A stretch of DNA of 64,000 nucleotides from positions 190,794-254,793 of the forward strand of contig CAVUTB010000005.1 in assembly GCA_963744315.1 (NCBI GenBank). The letters run 5' to 3'. Each line of letters begins with the position of its first letter. Within the stretch, counting starts at the first letter, position 1. The notes below the pieces were generated by a model, which saw only the letters and a program-made list of their open reading frames with translations, was not told where the DNA came from and did not search any database. The DNA is from an uncultured Acidobacteriota bacterium (GTDB lineage: Bacteria; Acidobacteriota; Vicinamibacteria; Fen-336). Both the position numbers and the translations under genes were made by a program. Of this stretch, positions 53,679-64,000 are shown piece after piece.

Positions 53679-55222
53679 CTAGCGGCAGGCGCCGTTCGAC
53701 GCGCCGGGCGCCGCGAGAAAGCTGATCGTCGCCGGCGCGAACGTGACGTCGCCGGCCGCCGCCGGACGACCCGGTCGAGACCTGGCAGGTCGCCCTTCTG
53801 TCCCAGCGCAGCTCGCTTCCCGTTCAGGCGGGCCTGCGCGCTCTGCGGGTCGGTCGAGCTCAGGGAGTAGCGCTTCGTCGGCGTGGGGATCCGCAGTGTC
53901 TGCGAGGCGGCCTTGTCGGTGTTGATCACCAGGATCGCGACGCCTCCGGGCGTGCCGCTCAGGCAATGCGCGTAGGCGTGCAGTCCGGCCCGAAGCGGCA
54001 CGCCTGAATCGAGCACGGTCGACCCCATCAGCTGGCGCCAGAGAAGCGCCGCCCAATAGTTCGGCCGGGGCGCGAGCGTGCGGTCGTCGACGAGCCCGTA
54101 GTCGCTCGCCGCGAGCGTGTTGTGGGCGACCACCTGCACGCCCTGCTTCGCGAGACGGCCGAGCTGGTCGAGGTAGCGGAACGAGTCCAGGAACGACGCG
54201 CCCCAGGGATTGCCGCCGCACGCCGCGTCGGCCGTCTCGGTCAGCCAGATCGGCTTGCCGGGCTCGAGCTCGTCGCGCAGCGACTTGTAGAAGCCGAAGG
54301 TCGCGTCCGTGCGCGCGAGCCACTGCTCCGAGAGCGCGTCCTCCGGCGTCGTGCCCGACGGGCCGAGGCGCGCGCAGCGCTTCGAGACCGCCCCGTAGTG
54401 GTGGTACGAGAAGGCGTCGACTCCCGGTCCGGCGGCGGACAGGAGGTCGCGCGAGCTCAGCCCGACGATGCGGCCCGCGGACATCAGCCCGCCCTCGCCC
54501 ACCGAGCCCGGCCCCAGGATGAGCATGTCCGGCGCCGTCTCGCGCGCGAAGGCGCGGAACAGCTTGAAGTCGCGCCCGTAGGCCGCGGCGTCGTAGCCGG
54601 CCGGCGCTCCGCCCATCGCGGCGAGGTTGGGCTCGTTCATGAACTCGGCGGCCGCGATGCTGCCGCCCAGGGACTTCGTGTACTCCACGAACGCGCGCGC
54701 CGACGCGGGCGTCCACGCGCCGCTGTCGTCGCGAGCCCCCGTGCTCGTCGCGAACGACGTCACCAGCCGGCCGTCCACCGCCCGCGCGAAGTCGACGACG
54801 CCCTTCCACTGCTGGCGCGTGAGGACGGCGCTAAAGCCTTTCGGGGGCGCATCCGGCGGCGTAGCGGAGTCGGCGAGCCAGGTCGAGTTCGCCCACGTTC
54901 CGCTGACGCGCACGTACGCCGGTCCGAGGCCCGCGGCCAGCGTGCGCAGCCGCGCGTCCGCGAGATCGATCGGCGGCCGGTGCTCGAAGAGAGCCGGGTT
55001 CAATCCTGTAGGCGTGCCCGAACCTGCTTGCGCGGCCGGTGGCTGCTGCAGCAGCGCGTCCAGCTCGGGTCCGTAGTGCCTCCAGAAGCGGCCGCCGGTC
55101 ACCTCGACCATCTCGACGTTGTAGGACTGGAAGCGCTCGTCGACCGTTCCGACGCGCGCGAATGACGCCGGATCAGCGTGAGCGTCGGCAGCCTGCTGTC
55201 GCGCCTCGGCTCCCAGCAGCAC
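53679..55222 (-). CDS. glycoside hydrolase family 79 (heparanase/beta-glucuronidase-like), one frameshift near 53770
   Basis: Acid/base FMNEPN. Nucleophile region WLTETADAACGGNPWGASFLDSFRYLDQLGRLAKQGVQVVAHNTL...YGLVDD...PNYWAALLW. No signal peptide in the called frame. Confidence 0.7.
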
Positions 55223-55445
55223 CGGCTGACGGTCGATGCGAAGCGCCTGCTCACTCCTGCCTCCAGTCCGCGTTCGCTCAGGGCGGTTGTCGGATCTTAC
55301 GGCCGAACCGGGCGATGCCCGCCTGCAATACTACAACGCGTCGAACCGCATTCGACACGGCGGGTCCTGCAGCGCGTTCGACACGGGCTTGCAGGCCTTG
55401 GCTCAGTGGCACATCCCTTGCTCCTCGTAGCGTGGAGCGGGCGAC

Positions 55446-55637
55446 ATGAGATTTGCCAGTCTGTTCCTGGTCGGATACGCCGTCTTCCTCGCCGGTGTGG
55501 CCGCAGCCCTCTGGAAGCTGGGCGTCCTGGAGCGCGTGGGTGCGGAGTGGACGGGGATCGGATTCCTGATCGCCGTGGGAATCGGAGTGATGCTGGCGAT
55601 CGGCGGTCGCCGAGCGATCGAGATCGACCGCTCCTGA
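55446..55637 (+). CDS. hypothetical small two-TM membrane protein
   Basis: 63 aa, two hydrophobic helices, high GC3. Confidence 0.35.
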   Translation: MRFASLFLVGYAVFLAGVAAALWKLGVLERVGAEWTGIGFLIAVGIGVMLAIGGRRAIEIDRS

Positions 55638-55721
55638 TCACACCGGCGGACTGAGGCGAGGCGCGCTCGAGACGCGGTACCATCGAGCAGAGCGATCCCG
55701 CTCACTCCAGGTGCCCTCCGC

Positions 55722-57391
55722 ATGAAACGACTGATTGCCGCCGTCTTCGCGACTGCCCTCGCCTCGCCCGCCTTCGCCGCGCTGCCGACCCCCGACAAGG
55801 ACGACGGCGCCATCAAGCTGCCGCCCGGCTTCCGCGCGCTCGTCGTGGCCGACGACCTCGGGCCGCTGCGCTTCATGACGGTGGCGGCGAACGGCGACGT
55901 CTACGTCAAGATGCGGACGGTCGGCATCATCGCGCTCCGCGACGCCGACGGCGACGGACGCGCCGAGATCCGCGCGGCCTTCGGCACGGGCGGCGGCACC
56001 GGCATCGCGCTGCGCGACGGCTGGCTCTACAGCTCGACCACCAGGCGGTCTACCGCTACAAGATGACGGCGGGCGAGCTCGTCCCGAAGGGCGACCCCGA
56101 GCTCGTCGTCTCGGGGCTGCCCGACGAGAACCAGCACAACTCCAAGTCGTTCGCGTTCGACGAAGCCGGCCAGCTCTACGTCGAGGTGGGCTCGCCGTCG
56201 AACTCCTACGGATCGCCCGACCGCGCCAAGGGCGCCAAGGGCCAGGACCCGACGGAGTTCCTGAAGACGCACGGCGGCTTCTGGCGCTTCGACCCGAGCA
56301 AGCCGAACCAGACGCAGGCCGACGGCTACCACTTCTCGACCGGCCACCGCCACGTGCTCTCGATCGCACGCAATCCCGTCTCGAAGGCGTTCTTCGTCGT
56401 GATGATGGGCCGCGACCAGCTCAACACCGTGGCGCCCGAGCTCCTACAACGACGACGACAACGCCGAGGCGCCCGCCGAGGAAATGCACGTCCTGCGCGA
56501 GGGCGGCAGCTTCGGCTGGCCGTTCACGTACTTCGACCCGCGCAAGAAGGCGCGCATGGTGGCGCCCGAGTACGGCGGAGACAACCAGAAGCGCGCGGAG
56601 GCCGGGAAGTACCCCGACCCGCTGGTCGCGTTCCCGGCGCACTGGGCGCCGCTGCAGATGGCGTTCTACGGCGGCGACCAGTTCCCGGCGAAGTACAAGG
56701 GCGGCGCCTTCGTCGCGTTCCACGGCTCGTGGAACCGCGCCCCCGTCCGCAGCGCGGCTACAACGTCGCCTTCGTCCCGTTCGGTGCGAGCGGCATGCCG
56801 AGCGGCGGCTACGAGGTGTTCGCCGACGGCTTCGCGGGCAAGGACGAGTTCACGTCGACGCGCGACGCACGCTTCCGGCCGTCCGGCCTCGCCGTCGGAC
56901 CGGACGGCTCGCTCTACGTCGCTGACTCGGAGAGGGGCCGCATCTGGCGGATCGTCTACACGGGCGAGGCGCCAGCGACGCCTGCACCCGGCGCGTCGGC
57001 GGACGCGACGGCCGCCGGTGCCCCGGCTCGCGCTGCGACGGCCACCACCGCGCCGGCCGCGAGCCAGGAGCCGGGTGCTGTGACCTACCTCGCTCTCTGC
57101 GCGGCCTGCCACATGGCCGACGGCAGCGGCGTGCCGAACATGCAGCCGGCGCTCCGGGGCAGCGGGTTCCTCGCGAGCGACGCCACGACGCTCATCCGCC
57201 TGCTGCTGTTCGGCCCCGACAAGGTGCTGCCGGCGAGCCGTCCACGCTACGAGAATCCGATGCCGGAGCTACAGGGAATGCTGAGCGACCAGCAGGTCGC
57301 CGACGTCCTCAACTACGCGCGGCGGACGTTCACCGGAACGACCTCCGCGATCGAGGCCAGGGACGTCGCCGCGCAGCGCGCCAGGCCCTAG
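55722..57391 (+). CDS. PQQ-dependent sugar (glucose/sorbosone) dehydrogenase fused to a C-terminal cytochrome c domain (about two frameshifts)
   Basis: Signal peptide. Beta-propeller GSDH blocks (LPPGFRALVVADDLGPLRFMTVAANGDVYV, GGFWRFDPSKPNQ, LAVGPDGSLYVADSERGRIWRIVY). Ala/Pro linker, then heme motif CAACH with a downstream Met ligand region. Confidence 0.75.
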
Positions 57392-57415
57392 GCGGTCGAG
57401 GCCGGCGGCGCCGCG

Positions 57416-57820
57416 CTAGGCGGAGGCGATGTACGGAACGAAGCCGGCGAGGACCTCCGCCACCGCGACGACGGTAGGCTTGTGGCTGCCCGCGTCGACA
57501 CGCGGCCGCGAGCCGGCGCGGATCTGAAGCACCCGCCGGGACGCGACCGTCACGAACAGGAAGCGGTGCTCGAAGCCCGTGCCCACGGTCGCGAGCATGG
57601 GCGCTCCGCTGATCGCCGGCTCCGGCGCCTCCTCGCTCACGAGCGAGCGTTGCGCGCGCGCGCCTCCGCAAGGCGAAGCGTCGGAGTCCTTCCGCGCCTG
57701 ACGCGCGTCGGCCGGCGACGGGTTCAGCCAGCCGTGGCTCGGCGTCAGGTGGGACTCGGACGGGTCGGCGAGCCCCATCCAGCTCCGAAGTGTGTGGACG
57801 ACCTTGGTCAGCACGTTCAT
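57416..57820 (-). CDS. hypothetical protein
   Basis: 134 aa, high GC3. Converges on the PQQ gene; a palindromic CCTAGGCGG...CCGCGCTAGG sequence lies between them. Confidence 0.4.
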   Translation of the reverse strand: MNVLTKVVHTLRSWMGLADPSESHLTPSHGWLNPSPADARQARKDSDASPCGGARAQRSLVSEEAPEPAISGAPMLATVGTGFEHRFLFVTVASRRVLQIRAGSRPRVDAGSHKPTVVAVAEVLAGFVPYIASA

Positions 57821-58216
57821 TTCGGCTCCTTCGGCCCGGCGCGGGCGGGAAATCCTAGTCTCTCGTCTTCACTGTGCGGGGTCGGACAGCTCTTCCCAGC
57901 CGATCACGCGACCGAACTGGCGCAGCTTCTCCCGCTGCCCGCAGCGCACGCACTCCCTGTGCCGCGCGCCGGTCTGCATACGGTCGTGGCCCAGATCCAA
58001 CACATGAGCTTCTTCAATTTGTCCCTCTCGTCTGCGTCGTGATCTACAGCCGGCCACGCCGCGCCTCGTCCCAAGCGTTCGATGGTGAGAGGGAGATGCC
58101 AGAGCCGTGTCACGCAACGATCATTTTCGCCGCTGGCAGGGCTGCTGCACCAATCGATTGTTCGAGTCCGTCGCATGGACTGGGCCCTATGTGTTCGAAT
58201 CCGCGGACGCCAGGGC

Positions 58217-59842
<1,626 letters not shown>

Positions 59843-59850
59843 CTAGCCTC

Positions 59851-60138
59851 TTAACCCATCACCGCGAGGACTTCGTCCTCGCGAACGATCACGACTTCCT
59901 CGCCGTCGATCTTGATCTCGGTCCCGGAGTACTTGCCGAACAGGACCCGGTCCCCCACCTTCACGTCGAGGGCCACCTTCTTCCCGTTCTCCAGCACCCG
60001 GCCGTTGCCGACCGCCAGCACCTTGCCCTGCATCGGCTTCTCTTTCGCCGTGTCGGGGATGATGATGCCGCCCTTGGCGGTCTCCTTCTCCTCGATCCGG
60101 CGGACCAGCATGCGATCGTGAAGCGGTCGTACCTTCAT
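59851..60138 (-). CDS. groES: co-chaperonin GroES
   Basis: 95 aa. [14 protein letters not shown]...[13 protein letters not shown] mobile loop. Confidence 0.95.
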   Translation of the reverse strand: MKVRPLHDRMLVRRIEEKETAKGGIIIPDTAKEKPMQGKVLAVGNGRVLENGKKVALDVKVGDRVLFGKYSGTEIKIDGEEVVIVREDEVLAVMG

Positions 60139-60434
60139 GGCTTTCCATCTCCTATCGGGCGAAGCCCGGCTGCGTTCGGGTATCCGGCGGGACTCGGCAC
60201 CAGGACGAGCGCCGGCTCAGCCGTAGCACTCGCGATCACCTGCGCCAGAGTGGGGGCCTGTCGGCTGCGGACGAGGAGCGTGGTAGCGACCGCCGCCCCC
60301 ATCAGGCCGACCGCCAGGATGGCGGTCCAGAAGATGCCGTCGGGAACCACGATGGCCCACACGAGCGCCACCAGCGCGACGAGTCCCGCGCCTTGCGCCC
60401 AGCGGCCGAAGGTGTCCGACGTCATCATTCTCAT
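60135..60434 (-). CDS. hypothetical small two-TM membrane protein, translationally coupled to groES
   Basis: 99 aa. GAGAGG RBS. About 85% GC3 over the first 85 codons. Two TM helices ([14 protein letters not shown]; [20 protein letters not shown]). Stop overlaps the groES ATG (ATGA); its last codons double as the groES RBS. Confidence 0.45.
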   Translation of the reverse strand: MRMMTSDTFGRWAQGAGLVALVALVWAIVVPDGIFWTAILAVGLMGAAVATTLLVRSRQAPTLAQVIASATAEPALVLVPSPAGYPNAAGLRPIGDGKP

Positions 60435-60637
60435 GGCTGCCTCTCAACCGAACAACACCACTGTAGGCGCCGCGGAAGCAGTCCACTAATCGATTGTTCG
60501 GGCGCGATCCATCGGACCGAGCCGATGGAGGCTGTGCCATCGTCGGATCGCCGGATCGAGCTGGCCCTGATCTTGCTCAAGTCGAGGACGGATGCCGGCG
60601 GTGTCGACGGCACGCCATCGAGAATCGAGGAGATCCC

Positions 60638-60907
60638 ATGAATGAGCGCATCGCGTACTCCACTTGCCTGCTCTACTTTCTGGCCGGCGGTGTCGCCGGC
60701 GTCAGCGCCGGCCTGCTACTGGCTCCGAAGTCGGGCAAGGTCACCCGCGAGGCGATGCGGAGCAAGCTGCGTGAAACCGCCGACTCCGCCCGTGATTTGA
60801 AGGACAGGGTTGTTCGCCAGGGCGAGCAAGTCCGTGAAGAGGCCGCGGCGCGTGGGTGCGGCGGCTTCCGCGCTCGCCGGCAACGGCACCGACGACGTCT
60901 CCGCCTG
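60638..60907 (+). CDS. YtxH-like stress protein (one frameshift near the 3' end)
   Basis: MNERIAYSTCLLYFLAGGVAGVSAGLLLAPKSGKVTREAMRSKLRETADSARDLKDR: N-terminal TM helix plus a charged helical region, as in the YtxH family. Confidence 0.55.
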
Positions 60908-61241
60908 AGCGGCCCCGGCGGCGGGCGATCTGATCCTGATGGGACGCTAGCGCCTCCCCGAGCGAGAGGAAGTTTCTACAATGCGGCCCCTCCGAGCCGC
61001 GGACCTCACGGCAAGGCCATTGGCTGAGATCATGAAGCAACGCGCCTGGGCTGGTTCGCTCGGCTGCGGGTCCGCCTCAGCGGTCTGATCCGCGGCGCCC
61101 GCAGCGAAAAACAGTCGATCGGCAACGGGCAGAGGAGAGCCGACGGCGAAGGCCCGGCGGCTCGAGCCGGAGCTCGAGACGCTCAACCGGCTCGGACTGG
61201 CGCTCGCCGGTCAGCTCGACATCGACAGGCTGGTCAAGGCC

Positions 61242-62843
61242 GTGACCGACGCCGGCATCGCGATCACGGGTGCCGCGTTCGGAGCCTTCCTGTACAGGGA
61301 TGCGTCCGGCGGCGCGACCCACTACGTCTACGGAGCTCCCCCGGACACCTTCGTCGACTTTCCCCTGTTCCAGGATGCGAGCGCCTTCGGATCGCCGTTC
61401 CTCGGTGCCGTCTCTCGCAGCGACGACCTCGCCCGCGACCCGCGCTATGGCCCAAACCTGCCTTTCAAGCAGATGCCGCCCGGCAGTCGGCCCGCACGCA
61501 GCTATCTCACGGCGCCGGTGCGCTCGCACGCCGGCGAGCTCCTCGGCGGGCTCTTCTTCGGACATCCCGACCCCGGGTTCTTCCACGAGCGTGACGAGCG
61601 CCTGATCGCCGGCCTCGCGGCCCACGCGGCCATCGCCGTGGACAACGCGCAGCTCTACCGGGAGGCGCAGGCGGCGCGCGCTCTGGCCGAGGCCGCGAAC
61701 GGCCTGAAGGACGAGTTCCTGGCGACCCTTTCCCACGAGCTGCGGACGCCGCTCGCCGCCATCGTCGGCTGGGCCGAGCTGCTCCACCGCGGCAAGCTCT
61801 CGCCCGACGACACCACGCGGGCCGTGGACACCATCATGCGCAACGCCGCCGCGCAGAACCAGATCATCGACGAGCTGCTCGACGTGTCGCGGATCATCAC
61901 CGGCAAGCTGCAGATCGATCTGCGGCCCGTCGACATCGCGGCCATCGTGAACGCGGCGATCGGCACGGTCACCCCGGCGGCGAGCGCGAAGGGCATCAGG
62001 CTCCAGCTGATCCAGAACCCGGCGGGCAGCTACGTCATGGGCGATCCCGAGCGCCTCCAGCAGGTGTTCTGGAACCTGTTCTCGAACGCGATCAAGTTCA
62101 CGCCCAAGAACGGCCGGGTTCGGGTGAGCGTCGAGTCCGTCGGCTCGAACGTCGAGGTCGTCGTCGCCGACAACGGCCTCGGGATCGACGCCGAGTTCCT
62201 GCCCCGCGTCTTCGACCGCTTCACGCAGGACGACTCGTCGAGCACGCGGCACGCGCGCGGCCTCGGCCTGGGCCTGTCCATCGCGCGCCAGCTGGTGGAG
62301 CTCCACGGCGGCAGCATCGAAGCGCAGAGCCCAGGCGTCGGCCACGGCTCCACGTTCACGGCGAGGTTCCCCCGTTCTCCGGTCTCGGCCACCTCCCTCG
62401 ATCCCCGCGTCTACTCACAGGCGGACAAGGCCGTCGGCCTGGACGAAGGGCCCGACCTCACCGGGATACGGGTGCTGGTCGTGGAGGACGACGACGACGC
62501 ACGGCGGCTGGTCGAGAAGGAGCTCGAGACCCAGGGCGCCACCGTGAAGTCGGTCCCTTCGGCCCGCGAGGCCCTGGACGTCCTGGGAAGAGAACGAGTC
62601 GACGTGCTGCTGAGCGACATCGAGATGCCGGGTACCGACGGCTACCAGTTGATCAAGGAGCTGCGCCTGCGCCCCTCGCAGCAGGGCGGGTCCGTCCCCG
62701 CGGCGGCGCTCACCGCCTATGCCCGAACCGAGGATCGCCTGCGCGCGCTGCGCGCAGGATTCCAGCTACACTTGGCCAAGCCCGTGCAGCCTGCCGAGCT
62801 GGCCACCGTCGTTTTCAGCCTGGCCGCACGCCGCGAAGGATGA
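61242..62843 (+). CDS. hybrid sensor histidine kinase (GAF, HisKA, HATPase_c, receiver)
   Basis: 533 aa. H-box SHELRTPLAAI; N/G boxes (NLFSNAIKFT, GLGLGL); receiver domain with phospho-Asp in LLSDIEMPG. The GAF-like N-terminus may extend upstream of the called GTG. Confidence 0.85.
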   Translation: MTDAGIAITGAAFGAFLYRDASGGATHYVYGAPPDTFVDFPLFQDASAFGSPFLGAVSRSDDLARDPRYGPNLPFKQMPPGSRPARSYLTAPVRSHAGELLGGLFFGHPDPGFFHERDERLIAGLAAHAAIAVDNAQLYREAQAARALAEAANGLKDEFLATLSHELRTPLAAIVGWAELLHRGKLSPDDTTRAVDTIMRNAAAQNQIIDELLDVSRIITGKLQIDLRPVDIAAIVNAAIGTVTPAASAKGIRLQLIQNPAGSYVMGDPERLQQVFWNLFSNAIKFTPKNGRVRVSVESVGSNVEVVVADNGLGIDAEFLPRVFDRFTQDDSSSTRHARGLGLGLSIARQLVELHGGSIEAQSPGVGHGSTFTARFPRSPVSATSLDPRVYSQADKAVGLDEGPDLTGIRVLVVEDDDDARRLVEKELETQGATVKSVPSAREALDVLGRERVDVLLSDIEMPGTDGYQLIKELRLRPSQQGGSVPAAALTAYARTEDRLRALRAGFQLHLAKPVQPAELATVVFSLAARREG

Positions 62844-64000
62844 CGAGCAAGCGCGAGGTGCCACTGCCGGAGAGCGACCAGGAGCTGCGAGAGTTCCTCG
62901 ATCACGCGACGGTCGGCTTGCGCTGGGTGGGCCCCGACGGGCGCATCCTCTGGGCAAACCGGGCCGAGCTGGACCTCGTCGGGTACTCCGAGAGCGAGTA
63001 CGTCGGTCAGCACGATCGCGACGTTCTTCGTCGAGCCGGAGACCGCCGCCGACATCCTCGGTCGGCTCGCCCGCGAAGAGAGCGTCCGATCCTACGAGAC
63101 CCGCCTTCGAGCCAAGGACGGCTCCATCAAGCAGGTCCTGATCGACGGAAGCGGGCTCTTCCGCGACGGCCGACACGTCCACAGCCGCCTCGTCACTCGC
63201 GACCTCACCGGCCTCATGGAGCGGGAGCAGGCCGCGCGGCATCGGGCGGAGGCGACGAGCCATCTCAAGGACGAGTTCCTGGCGCTGCTCTCCCACGAGC
63301 TGCGCACGCCGCTCGGAGCGATCCTGGTGTGGCTCGGCCTCCTGCGGCAGGGCGGGTTCGATCCGGCCGAGAGGGAGCGTGCGCTCGAGATCATCGAGCG
63401 CAGCGCGCGCTCGCTCGAGCGCATCATCGAAGACCTGCTCCACGCTTCGCGCATCGCCGCTGGCGGGCTCATGCTCCACCCGCAGCTCGTCGACGTCCGG
63501 AGCGTGGTCCAGGTCGCCGTCGATGCCGCGGCAGGCGACGCGGGCCTCAAGGGCCTGTCCCTCACGTGGGCGACCGGGGACGTCCCGATCTGGGTGAAGG
63601 GAGACCCCGGCCGGCTGCAGCAGGCCGTGTCCAACCTGCTGTCGAACGCCATCAAGTTCACACCGGCCGGAGGCGAGGTGAAGGTCTCCCTGGACACCGT
63701 CGACCAACAGGCCCGGCTCTGCGTGGCCGACAGCGGCGAGGGGATGAGCGCGGCGTTCCTGCCCTTCGCCTTCGAGAGGTTCCGGCAGCAGGACAGCACG
63801 AGCACCCGCGCCCACCACGGTCTGGGGCTGGGTCTCTACGTGGTGCGCCACGTCATCGGGCACCACGGTGGCTTCGTGAGCGCGGAGAGCCCGGGTCCGG
63901 GCCGGGGCAGCACGTTCACGGTGCTGCTTCCGCTGGCGGCAGACCACCGCCGAGGCGACGAGTCCTTCCGGTCCCGGCGAACCAGGTCAGAACGGCGACC
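62841..64000 (+). CDS. PAS sensor histidine kinase (partial, runs off window end; one frameshift near 63000)
   Basis: ATG overlaps the preceding TGA (ATGA). PAS domain (LRWVGPDGRILWANRAELDLVGY). H-box SHELRTPLGAI. HATPase_c (NLLSNAIKFT, GLGLGLYVV). Confidence 0.8.

Noticed and set aside
57874-58216. Small ORFs (57904..58176, 57869..58117 minus; 57874..58305 plus) between the hypothetical gene and groEL
   Set aside because: Mutually overlapping, with no RBS or conserved motifs. The region more likely contains the groEL 3' UTR plus the AATCGATTGTTCG motif.
60215-60260. Possible CIRCE (HrcA operator) upstream of groES
   Set aside because: Only one half-site (GAGTGCTA, 8 of 9) is present. The partner CACTC lies 16 nt away, not 9, and there is no TTAGCACTC. 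An 8-of-9 half-site is expected by chance many times in 64 kb.

Overview
High-GC (about 68-70%) chromosomal window from a Gram-negative bacterium. The gene content (pilMNOPQ, MglB-like roadblock protein, Oar-like TonB-dependent receptor, TIGR03436-like vWA protein, PEP-CTERM protein with sigma54 promoter, FHA, PilZ) suggests Myxococcota or Acidobacteriota. It is a mostly housekeeping region, not an obvious mobile island. In window order the calls are: accC (first codons)/accB; a roadblock-LC7 protein, a TPR protein and two lipoproteins downstream of a complete type IV pilus alignment/secretin operon pilMNOPQ; glpX; a beta-oxidation trio (enoyl-CoA hydratase, small DUF2007-like protein, acyl-CoA dehydrogenase); pncB; a NifS/IscS-like desulfurase; lipA; a highly acidic small protein; a Zn-ribbon-FHA protein; a DUF222-type HNH endonuclease; mnmA; a large Oar-like TonB-dependent receptor; an AP-superfamily/TPR protein; a giant vWA/TPR protein; rnc; a HAMP-PP2C phosphatase; a GspC-like PDZ protein; a Cys/Met PLP lyase; cutA; an EVE protein; ftsB; HU; an ACP-FAAL-LPLAT fusion; threonine dehydratase; an MtfA-like peptidase; an S10 carboxypeptidase; an RluA-family pseudouridine synthase; PilZ; a GDSL lipoprotein; an HD protein; YihY; a GNAT; 3-MST; a 2Fe-2S ferredoxin; an HTH regulator; tRNA-Ala(GGC); a PEP-CTERM protein; NhaP; GH79; a PQQ-dehydrogenase-cytochrome c fusion; a small membrane ORF with groES and groEL; YtxH; and two histidine kinases (the second runs off the window). 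Two things dominate the hunt. (1) At least 60 single-base frameshifts, roughly one per kb and spread evenly, break about 30 otherwise well-conserved genes into the fragments seen in the ORF track. This looks like consensus/indel error rather than pseudogenisation, and every boundary of an affected gene is approximate. (2) A dispersed family of REP-like GC-rich hairpin/heptad-repeat elements occupies at least seven intergenic sites, mostly between convergent genes. Other notable signals: a textbook sigma54 promoter with upstream direct repeats in front of the PEP-CTERM gene next to the tRNA; a translationally coupled small membrane ORF in front of groES, with the operon bracketed by a shared AATCGATTGTTCG motif; conserved pilQ-downstream genes including an MglB/MglC-like roadblock protein; and a D/E-rich acidic mini-protein. 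No CRISPR, integrase, transposase or rRNA was seen.
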